This document shows positions 15,613-23,596 of a stretch of DNA of 32,000 nucleotides, piece after piece; position 1 is the stretch's first letter, and each line of letters opens with the position of its first letter. Both the position numbers and the translations under genes were made by a program. The stretch comes from Massilicoli timonensis (GTDB lineage Bacteria > Bacillota_I > Bacilli_A > Erysipelotrichales > Erysipelotrichaceae). The stretch lies in the NCBI RefSeq assembly GCF_900199515.1, contig NZ_LT963434.1:783272-815271 (forward strand). The letters are read 5' to 3'. Under the pieces are notes generated by a model. It was not told the origin of the DNA, searched no databases, and saw nothing but the letters and a program-made list of their open reading frames with translations.

Positions 15613-16471
15613 CGTAATCACCAAACTCTATTTTATACGGATAATGATTCACTTGCAATTCCACCGGCGGCATTTCCATGTATTTTTCGCCGTAAAATAT
15701 AGTCAAAAACTTCTCTACCTGATAAATCACATTTACCTCGATCTCTTCATACTTCATTTTTCTTAACGGAAAAATATCATCCGCCACTGAGAAAACGCCG
15801 ATTTCTGTCCGATATCCGCCGAAATGGGCAACATAAGCGCTGTCTTCATGACTTGCCGACATCGCATATCGCATCATTTTTTTATAGATGCTGGATGCTT
15901 TGATTCGAAACAGATTCAAAAAATGATGAATCACGATACAAGCAGCATGATAAAGCTTTCCTTTCAGCCCTTTTGCCGGAATATTCGGATTTGCGGTTCC
16001 CTTCAAAAACAACAACTTACCTAAAAGATAGGTATAGTGAAACTGTTTTTTTCTGATCTTTGGATCATTGCTTACCTTATCGTAGATAAAAATATCCATG
16101 TTGATGCCTGTATGACACTTCAGATCCTTTGAATATTCACTGATAAAAGTCGTGTCCTTGCGCTGTAAATGAGTTACTCTGCTCGCAAACGCTTCGTTAT
16201 GAAGCGGCGTTAAAATCTCTAGATTTTCTATTCCCTCTTTCGCAAACAATTCTAAAAATCTTTCATATTCCGGTCTCAGCATGCCTACATCAATGTCGTC
16301 ATCCCATGGAATAAAACCGTGATGACGCACTGTTCCTAGCGCTGAACCATAAGTCATAAAATAATGTAAATCATGTTTGTCACAGAAAGAAATAAACGAT
16401 TTCAGAATGCCCAACTGTACTTCTTGCACTCTTTTCAGTGTTTCATCGTCATAACCCTTTGAAATTCCCAT
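15605..16471 (-). CDS. licD: LicD-family phosphotransferase (transfers a phospho-alcohol such as P-choline or P-glycerol/ribitol from the CDP-activated donor)
   Basis: 288 aa. FMTYGSALGTVRHHGFIPWDDDIDVGM is the LicD signature. SD GAGAGGAGAAG lies upstream. Confidence 0.85.
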   Translation of the reverse strand: MGISKGYDDETLKRVQEVQLGILKSFISFCDKHDLHYFMTYGSALGTVRHHGFIPWDDDIDVGMLRPEYERFLELFAKEGIENLEILTPLHNEAFASRVTHLQRKDTTFISEYSKDLKCHTGINMDIFIYDKVSNDPKIRKKQFHYTYLLGKLLFLKGTANPNIPAKGLKGKLYHAACIVIHHFLNLFRIKASSIYKKMMRYAMSASHEDSAYVAHFGGYRTEIGVFSVADDIFPLRKMKYEEIEVNVIYQVEKFLTIFYGEKYMEMPPVELQVNHYPYKIEFGDYDE

Positions 16472-16485
16472 TGTGCTTCTCCTCT

Positions 16486-17631
16486 CTAGCTTGTTTGATT
16501 TTGTATGATTTCCATGATCTTACGATATGTGATTTCCCAAGTAAAATGAGTTTTGATTCTTTCTTTCGTAAGCTGAATTGCCTTGCGATAGTCCTCCTCT
16601 TTAAGATTTGGCAGAGCGGAAAGCGCCCTTGCAATATCTTCTTTTCGATTGTTTGGTAAAATCATTCCGTATGTATCGTCTAATATTACTTCCCGAATAC
16701 CGCCGACATCTGATGAAATGATGTAACACTCACAGATTCCCGCTTCTAAAACAGAAGTGGAAAAGCCCTCCGAATCTGATGGTAATATGAAATAATCTGA
16801 TTCGCTTAACAATGCAATTACCTCTTTGAAAGATAATCTGCCCAGTAGATGTATTTGTGCACCGGCATATGCCTGCGCGGTATTTTCCAAGATTCCCTCT
16901 CCCGCAATACAAAGATGCAGATGCTTTGGTAAAACCGCTTGAAACGCCGCCAATAGCTGCAAAATTCCTTTTTCTTGAACTAGACGACCGGTAAAAGTAA
17001 TGACCCGATCTTGTTTTGGAATATGCAGTTTTGTTTTAACTGCTTCCTTTTTTTCCTGTATGATCGCTTCAATCTCATCATCGGCAACAGCGTTGTATAA
17101 CACCCCTTGCGCATGAATATGAAAATGCTCCAGCCACTTTCCACTGTTTTTTGATACGGCATAAAAAGTATCACATTTTTTCTTTACTAAATAAGTTAAA
17201 GCGTGTTCATATGCAGCGCCGATCACATCTAACAGTTTTACATTTACGCTTAGATGCGCAGTACCATGTTCAATCACCATGCAGGGAATATGTTTTTTTC
17301 TCGCAAAATTCACTCCATACAAAGAATGCAGATAGAAACGAGTATTGACGATGACATAATCGAATTCTAAGCGATTGATCTCTTTTTTCAGCTTCGCATT
17401 TGCCCGGTTCTTTTTAGCGATCGGATATCTTCCCTGAATAAAATCAAATGCATCAAATCTATATACAAGAATACCATCAAAATCAGCTGTTCTATCCCAA
17501 CCACCGAGATTACAGGTAATAACAGATACCTGATGCCCCTCAGCTATCATTTTTTTTGCTAAGTGATAAGTATAATTTTCAACACCGCCCATATGAGGCA
17601 AAAACTGAGCGGAAAAAATCGCAATCTTCAT
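16486..17631 (-). CDS. GT4-family (GT-B) glycosyltransferase
   Basis: 381 aa. MKIAIFSAQFLPHMGGVENY start, and a C-terminal PSDSEGFSTSVLEAGICECYIISSDVGGIREV (E-x7-E region). Confidence 0.85.
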   Translation of the reverse strand: MKIAIFSAQFLPHMGGVENYTYHLAKKMIAEGHQVSVITCNLGGWDRTADFDGILVYRFDAFDFIQGRYPIAKKNRANAKLKKEINRLEFDYVIVNTRFYLHSLYGVNFARKKHIPCMVIEHGTAHLSVNVKLLDVIGAAYEHALTYLVKKKCDTFYAVSKNSGKWLEHFHIHAQGVLYNAVADDEIEAIIQEKKEAVKTKLHIPKQDRVITFTGRLVQEKGILQLLAAFQAVLPKHLHLCIAGEGILENTAQAYAGAQIHLLGRLSFKEVIALLSESDYFILPSDSEGFSTSVLEAGICECYIISSDVGGIREVILDDTYGMILPNNRKEDIARALSALPNLKEEDYRKAIQLTKERIKTHFTWEITYRKIMEIIQNQTS

Positions 17632-17645
17632 ATTCGCGTCTTCCT

Positions 17646-17987
17646 TTACTTATTCCTGTTTTTATATTCATGCAAACTTAGTTTCTGTATCAGTTCCTTG
17701 TTTCGCTCCTTTAATAAAGATATGGTAATAGACTGATAGAACAGCAATAAATATAAAAAGAAGATAAACAAGCACAAGATAAAGTTGCTCGGTGATTGAA
17801 ATCCCAAAAATTTTGAGATCCATGACGCAATTTTCGGAAAAATACTGAATACCAGTAACAGCAGCGCCCATAAGATCCACACAAGCGCATCATCAATATT
17901 CAGTTTATGCTTGCGAATCTTACTGACTACAAAAAGAAAGATAAAGAAACTCGCAATCAAGAAAAATAACTGTAAAGATGTTTTCAT
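17646..17987 (-). CDS. Small 3-4 TM membrane protein, DUF2304/GacJ-like partner of the adjacent GT2
   Basis: 113 aa. SKIRKHKLNIDDALVWILWALLLLVFSIFPKIASWISKFLGFQSPSNF, followed by a C-terminal amphipathic tail. It starts 5 nt downstream of the GT2 gene. SD AAGGTGAGG lies upstream. Confidence 0.65.
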   Translation of the reverse strand: MKTSLQLFFLIASFFIFLFVVSKIRKHKLNIDDALVWILWALLLLVFSIFPKIASWISKFLGFQSPSNFILCLFIFFLYLLLFYQSITISLLKERNKELIQKLSLHEYKNRNK

Positions 17988-17992
17988 GGCAT

Positions 17993-18679
17993 TTACCTCA
18001 CCTTTCTAAATGGCTGTATCATAAAAATTGAAATCGCCATTCTTGACATATATTTAATCGTATTGGATAAATTCAGATAGGATTCACCGAACTCTCTATC
18101 CCGCATCGTAACCTGTACTTCTGTTATTTTCCGCTTTTTTCGCAGCATGTAAACCAGTGTATCCGGTTCCGGGGGATTGTTCATATCATTTGCATAATCG
18201 GCAATACATCTTTTCCCATATGCCCGCAAACCGCTGGTAGGATCTTTTATCGTTTTACCGGTTACAAGCTTGATTGAAAAGGCAATCAGTCTGCTTCCCA
18301 GCATTCTTGCGGTAAAGGGCTTCTTCTCACTTACAAAGCGTGAACCAATCGCAATATCATTGCCCGCTTCGATCGCTTCCACCAGCTTTGCAACGGCTGA
18401 AGCGGGATGCTGCCCATCGCCGTCAAACTGAATCGCAATATCGTAATCATATTCAAGCGCATACTTGAAACCGGTCTGCACCGCACCGAATAACCCCTGA
18501 TTCATAAATCCATAAATACAATTAAAGTGATTTTTTTCTATGATCTCTCTTGTATTGTCTTTTGATCCGTCATCTACAATCACATAATCGATCCCTTTTG
18601 CGTTTTCCTGAATATCTTTTATCACATTTTCGATATTCAATGCTTCATTGTATGAAGGTATCACTAATAAAGTCCTCAT
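17993..18679 (-). CDS. GT2 polyprenyl-phosphate glycosyltransferase (GacI/DPM1-like, makes an Und-P-sugar donor)
   Basis: About 228 aa and soluble-sized. LLVIPSYNEALNIENVI, YVIVDDGSKDNT, QFDGDGQHP, DPTSGLRAY. I chose the ATG at 18679, 8 nt after the upstream stop. The track start at 18709 is a TTG. Confidence 0.8.
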   Translation of the reverse strand: MRTLLVIPSYNEALNIENVIKDIQENAKGIDYVIVDDGSKDNTREIIEKNHFNCIYGFMNQGLFGAVQTGFKYALEYDYDIAIQFDGDGQHPASAVAKLVEAIEAGNDIAIGSRFVSEKKPFTARMLGSRLIAFSIKLVTGKTIKDPTSGLRAYGKRCIADYANDMNNPPEPDTLVYMLRKKRKITEVQVTMRDREFGESYLNLSNTIKYMSRMAISIFMIQPFRKVR

Positions 18680-18687
18680 ATTTATCC

Positions 18688-20622
18688 CTACCTTAATTTC
18701 ATCAACCAAAACATTCTCTGTGTTCCATTTTCAAAAGTCATAACACACTCTTTATTATACCCTAATAATTCTTCATATTGTTTTTCATCGCCAATCAAAA
18801 TGTAGTCAATTTCTCTTTTTTTCACGATTATACTTAATTCTGAATATGTTTTCTCACCTCTGAAATAATCAAGAGCCGTGTCATACTCAGTTTGTGTTAA
18901 GCCACATCCGCCTCTCAATGACGTTTCAATTCTATTAGAAGCCATGACAAACCCCATTGAATCTAGTTCGGTATTATCATACGAGTAGGATTCTGCAAGA
19001 AGCAATTTATAATTTCCATAATCCAATGTTTCAAAATATTTGCCAGTTTCTGAAATAAGGTTTGGAATCATCTGATCATTGTGTAACAGTCTTGAAATCG
19101 AATATCCGTCTTTATTGACGCCGGAACCCAGATATTCATACAACTTAAAGCGTTCGATATTTTTAAGCCAATAAACGACCGTCATTGTCAAACAAACTGC
19201 CGCAAAATATGCAATCCATTTAGTAAGGCTGATCCTCTCAACTGTTTTAACCAAAATAACCCCTATAAAAAACAGCAACATGTGCTCAACCGAAGCAATC
19301 GTTCTGAGCGTTACAAAAAACAGATCAAAGGAAGTAATCGCAAGTAATTGTTCAAAAATATTCAGTCGCAAAAACAGATAAAATAGCGTAACCGCAAGTA
19401 TCAGATATCTTCCTATACTGTCTTTACATAAAGGAAATGTAGCTAACAGAATGATAAAGCCATATGCGAAAAAAGCTCCGTCATTGATATATGCAATGAA
19501 AAACGATTCTCCTTCGGCAATGCTAGGCAACGCATTTTTGTCTATAAGGCTCACAGATAAAACAAGTCCCAGCAATAGCCCCCCCGATAAAGCAGCCGAT
19601 ATTTTTCTGCTTCTTATAGATGTTTCCCGATATACGATCCAGATTTTTATAAATATCAAAATAAGAAACATAAGTATTCCTATTTGTATAAAAATAGATG
19701 AAAATGATAACATAACCAGATAAATCATTCCCATGAATATAATTTTTCTGAAATCTATTTTTTCCAATAAGTCTTTGGCAAATAATAAAATCGTAGGAAT
19801 TGCTGTCACTCTCACAACAGAACCACCATAAAATATTGCTGTCTGAAACTGCCAGCCATCATACATATGTATAAATGATTCTACATTCAGATAACCAAAC
19901 GGAATAATAAAGACAACAAACGGCAATAACACATATTGAGACAAAGCCGTTTCCTTCCCCGCAAATACCTCTGCTAAAGCATAATACACAAGCAATACTA
20001 AAATGTAATTATGTATCACCATAGTAGCTCTGCAAAAAAAGGGAACAGAGATATGAAATAAAGTCGCAAAATATCCATATCCTAATTCATATGTATTCAA
20101 TAATCTTTCCAAACCTACCGTTTCGGTCGTAAGCGCGCCGTTGAAGTAGTTTTCATTCAACACCGCCGGTGATTGTATCAAATGAACGATCTTTCCGATA
20201 TAGTAAGGGTCATCATAGTTCATAGAATAATACGGCTGCTGATTTGCCATTGATAATATTGAAAAAACAATTACCAGCGCATACAATAACCAGTATTTTC
20301 TTAAATGGCGCTTAACAAAAGAAAGCAAATTGTCCCTGTCGAAATCAAAACTCGGTTTTATACCGTTTATTTTTACAATAAGGACTATCAACAGCAAATA
20401 CGCCGAAGAAATACCGTAAAAGTAGATATTCCAACTCAAACGCAATAATTGAATGGGAAGAGCAACTATAAAATTGATAAAATAGACGGCAATAAACCCG
20501 CTGATTATTGACTTGATCACCGTGATGTTTTTATATTTTGCCGATTTTAAGATGATTTTACCTGCATTGTAATAAATGAAAAACATCATCGGCAGATAAA
20601 TCAAAGACATTCCCCAATTCAT
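18688..20622 (-). CDS. Large polytopic membrane protein with a C-terminal ~130-aa extracytoplasmic-looking domain; GT-C-type transferase or polymerase candidate (GacL/YfhO-like role)
   Basis: About 644 aa, with more than 12 hydrophobic segments and then a hydrophilic tail (GSGVNKDGYSISRLL ... YILIGDEKQYEELLG). It lies immediately upstream of the GT2 plus small-membrane-protein pair. ATG at 20622, with AAGGAGTGA upstream. No recognisable named motif was seen, so the function is inferred from context only. Confidence 0.5.
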   Translation of the reverse strand: MNWGMSLIYLPMMFFIYYNAGKIILKSAKYKNITVIKSIISGFIAVYFINFIVALPIQLLRLSWNIYFYGISSAYLLLIVLIVKINGIKPSFDFDRDNLLSFVKRHLRKYWLLYALVIVFSILSMANQQPYYSMNYDDPYYIGKIVHLIQSPAVLNENYFNGALTTETVGLERLLNTYELGYGYFATLFHISVPFFCRATMVIHNYILVLLVYYALAEVFAGKETALSQYVLLPFVVFIIPFGYLNVESFIHMYDGWQFQTAIFYGGSVVRVTAIPTILLFAKDLLEKIDFRKIIFMGMIYLVMLSFSSIFIQIGILMFLILIFIKIWIVYRETSIRSRKISAALSGGLLLGLVLSVSLIDKNALPSIAEGESFFIAYINDGAFFAYGFIILLATFPLCKDSIGRYLILAVTLFYLFLRLNIFEQLLAITSFDLFFVTLRTIASVEHMLLFFIGVILVKTVERISLTKWIAYFAAVCLTMTVVYWLKNIERFKLYEYLGSGVNKDGYSISRLLHNDQMIPNLISETGKYFETLDYGNYKLLLAESYSYDNTELDSMGFVMASNRIETSLRGGCGLTQTEYDTALDYFRGEKTYSELSIIVKKREIDYILIGDEKQYEELLGYNKECVMTFENGTQRMFWLMKLR

Positions 20623-20659
20623 TTCAATCACTCCTTACCAAAGACAGATGCGTTTTCCT

Positions 20660-22798
20660 TTACTTATCTAATACGAACCAAAGTTTATAACTATAATTCG
20701 GATTGTAAAAACGATCGTTTTTAATGACGCTCTCCCACTTCTCATACATATAATTCTGCTCTTTCACAAACCGCTTGTATTTTTCGCTGTTAGTATCCAT
20801 ACCTCTAGATTTCGATTCATGATGAATCAGTTCTACCTGCGGCACCAATACGTTAAAATAGCCCGCTTCCAGCAGTTTCAAATTAAAATCAATATCGTTA
20901 TAGGCAACCGTCAATGTTTCTTCCAAACCGTTTACCTGTTCAAACAACTCTTTACGAACCGCCAGACATGCGGCAGTGACAGCCGAATAATTGTACGGAA
21001 CACGCAGTCTTCCATAAATGCCTGGATCCTCTTGCTTTGCACCGATATACGCATGTGATGCAACGCCGCCCAGTCCGATGATCACGCCGGCATGCTGTAC
21101 CGTCATATCCGGATAAAGCAGTTTCGCTCCGACTGCGCCGATATGCTTTTGCATGGCATAGCCGACCATGGTCTCTAACCAATGATCCGTTAAGACTTCC
21201 GTATCATTATTCAGCAGTACGATGACTTCGCCTTTTGCCTCTTTGACCGCCAAATTGTTGATCTTCGAATAATTAAATTCCATATTGGCGTCGATCACTT
21301 TGAAATTTCGATACGTCGTCCGATATTTCTCAAACATGGCAAAAGTTTCTTCTTTTTCACTGTTGTTGTTTACCAGCAGTACTTCATAATTCGGATAAGT
21401 CGTCTTATGAAAGATCGACCACAAACATCTTTCCGTAATATCGGCATAGTCCCGTGTCGGAATAATGATACTGACAAGCGGTTTTTCACTTTCATAGGCA
21501 ACACGGTAATAATGACTGATCGGATCGATCTCCACCTTTGCGTCAATGCCTCTTCGCTGCAATGCCCGCTCGATTGCCGTTTTTCCTTTATCTGCCGCAT
21601 AATCCTTGTTGTCCAAAGACATCGACGTGGAACTTTCGATCATTCGCCAATGATATAAGATCTTAGGAATATGATAGATTTGATCCGTGACCTCGCTTAT
21701 GCGCAAAAACAGATCATAATCCTGCGCCCCCTCTAAACCGACGCTGAAACCGCCTATTTTTTCAATAAGCGTTTTTCTGATGACCGCCAAATGACATATA
21801 TAATTCATGCTCAACAGTGTGTCCGGCGAATAATCCGCTTTGAAATGGGGATCCTGCCGTTTTCCCTGCATATCCAATTTATCTTCATCACTGTAAATGA
21901 AATCAAGATTTCGATTTCGATTCAGCGCTTTTACATTCTCATATAAAGCATTTTCACTCAACATGTCGTCATTATCCACCAGCGCGACAAATTCCCCCTG
22001 CGCGATTGCCAAAGCGCTGTTCGTCGCTCTTGAAATATGCCCATTTTCTTCTCGATATACGACCTTAATACGATCATCTTTCCGCTCATAAGCCTTTAAG
22101 GTGGCAAGCGTTTCCTGATTGGTGGAATGATCATCTGCAATACAGATTTCAAAATGCGGATAACTTTGCGCAAGGATTGAGTCAATACATGCGGAAAGCA
22201 ACTCCCCTGAAACATTATAGACCGGTATCAGCACAGAGATCAAAGGCTGATAAGACCACTCTTTCAGCACTTCTGCCTGTTCGTTTTTTAACAGCCATTT
22301 TCGATATTCATTCGGCACAAACGGATCATAAAACAATTGATTGGCGCCGTTTCGATAACTCATCATAAAATCATAGCGATATTTCTTCCATAAACGCGGC
22401 GGCACTAACAGATGATGCTCTTTCCAGAATAATTTCAAAAATCGTCCGCTCACCGAAAAGAAGATCATCACACTTTCCAGTTTTTGTCGAATGATGCCGA
22501 TTATTTTGAAAACGATCCTTTTCAGGAAATAATTGCGATAGCGCAAAAGCGAGATTTCCCGTTCTTCTTCCACGATCTTTACTTCCACCGATTTGATCTG
22601 CTTATCAAAATCGATCTCCAGTAAATACTGCAATTCTTTTACCAATTTCTTAATGTGATAAGAATGGGGTTTTCCATCGGCATATACTCGAAAATCTGGA
22701 GAGGCGTCCCCAGATTCGTAGATGATTCCCAATTTCGGATTTTGCACGCCCGAAATGTATTTTTTCTTTACTGAAACAGTGTTAGTTTTCTTGCCCAT
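20660..22798 (-). CDS. Dual-domain GT2 glycosyltransferase with a ~190-aa N-terminal extension (polymerising transferase candidate of the ABC-dependent pathway)
   Basis: About 712 aa. GT2 domain 1: LISVLIPVYNVSGELLSACIDSILAQSYPHFEICIADDHS, ALVDNDD. GT2 domain 2: LVSIIIPTRDYADITERCLWSIFHKTTYPNYEVLLVNNNS, LLNNDTE. ATG at 22798, with GAGGAGGT 5 nt upstream. The track start at 22816 is a TTG. Confidence 0.8.
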   Translation of the reverse strand: MGKKTNTVSVKKKYISGVQNPKLGIIYESGDASPDFRVYADGKPHSYHIKKLVKELQYLLEIDFDKQIKSVEVKIVEEEREISLLRYRNYFLKRIVFKIIGIIRQKLESVMIFFSVSGRFLKLFWKEHHLLVPPRLWKKYRYDFMMSYRNGANQLFYDPFVPNEYRKWLLKNEQAEVLKEWSYQPLISVLIPVYNVSGELLSACIDSILAQSYPHFEICIADDHSTNQETLATLKAYERKDDRIKVVYREENGHISRATNSALAIAQGEFVALVDNDDMLSENALYENVKALNRNRNLDFIYSDEDKLDMQGKRQDPHFKADYSPDTLLSMNYICHLAVIRKTLIEKIGGFSVGLEGAQDYDLFLRISEVTDQIYHIPKILYHWRMIESSTSMSLDNKDYAADKGKTAIERALQRRGIDAKVEIDPISHYYRVAYESEKPLVSIIIPTRDYADITERCLWSIFHKTTYPNYEVLLVNNNSEKEETFAMFEKYRTTYRNFKVIDANMEFNYSKINNLAVKEAKGEVIVLLNNDTEVLTDHWLETMVGYAMQKHIGAVGAKLLYPDMTVQHAGVIIGLGGVASHAYIGAKQEDPGIYGRLRVPYNYSAVTAACLAVRKELFEQVNGLEETLTVAYNDIDFNLKLLEAGYFNVLVPQVELIHHESKSRGMDTNSEKYKRFVKEQNYMYEKWESVIKNDRFYNPNYSYKLWFVLDK

Positions 22799-22799
22799 A

Positions 22800-23585
22800 C
22801 TAAACCTCCTCAGCAAATCCCTTTTCTAATTTCTTGAAGATGAACAGTCCCAATACCAGACAAACAAGCGCAATCAATGCGACATAAGCCCAGCTCCAGA
22901 TATCGGTCAATTGGTGGTACATAAAAATATCACGATAAATCTGCATCAGATGCGTAAACGGATTGATTTTTACCAACCAAAGCAGAAAAGCCGGCACCTG
23001 TGTTGAAAAACCGCTCAGCTCATACAAGATCGGGGTACCGTAAAACAGCATATTGATCACAAAATTGATGATATACTCCATATCCTTTATGTAAATATTG
23101 ATGGCGCTAAACGCTAATGTCAATCCTAAACAAATCAGAAACTGCAGCAGTGCTGCAATCGGCAGCAGCAGCAAATGCCAAGAAAAGCCAACTGCGAAAA
23201 TAGCGCAGAAAACCAAAATGATGACACAAGAGATGAAAAAGTTGATGATACCGGCAGAAACCACTGACAAAGGCAGGATTTCTCTTGGAAAATACACCTT
23301 CTTGATAATACCGGCATTCACTTTGATCGAAGCCATGCCCTGGCTCATTACCGTAGTGAAGAAGGTCCACGGAATTACTCCGGTAATCAAATATACCAAA
23401 TAGTTATCCACCGTGCTGCGCATTAAATAGGGAAAGACGATCGCATATACCAATACGGAAAGCAAAGGATTGATAAAAGACCACAGTACGCCTAAAAAGG
23501 AGCCTTTGTATTTCCCTCTGATTTCCTTTTTGATATTTGATTTCAACAACTCCCGATAAGCATAGAGTTCTTTTATCAAGCTCAT
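22800..23585 (-). CDS. ABC-2-type polysaccharide/teichoic-acid export permease (Wzm/TagG/RgpC-like)
   Basis: 261 aa. ELLKSNIKKEIRGKYKGSFLGVLWSFINPLL is the ABC-2 N-terminal signature, followed by 6 hydrophobic segments. It is adjacent to the cognate ATPase. Confidence 0.88.
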   Translation of the reverse strand: MSLIKELYAYRELLKSNIKKEIRGKYKGSFLGVLWSFINPLLSVLVYAIVFPYLMRSTVDNYLVYLITGVIPWTFFTTVMSQGMASIKVNAGIIKKVYFPREILPLSVVSAGIINFFISCVIILVFCAIFAVGFSWHLLLLPIAALLQFLICLGLTLAFSAINIYIKDMEYIINFVINMLFYGTPILYELSGFSTQVPAFLLWLVKINPFTHLMQIYRDIFMYHQLTDIWSWAYVALIALVCLVLGLFIFKKLEKGFAEEV

Positions 23586-23596
23586 AAAACCACCTC

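Noticed and set aside
17668-17896. 70-aa and 61-aa alternative-frame ORFs within the DUF2304-like gene
   Set aside because: The 113-aa frame has an SD, coherent TM helices and family-like motifs. The others do not.
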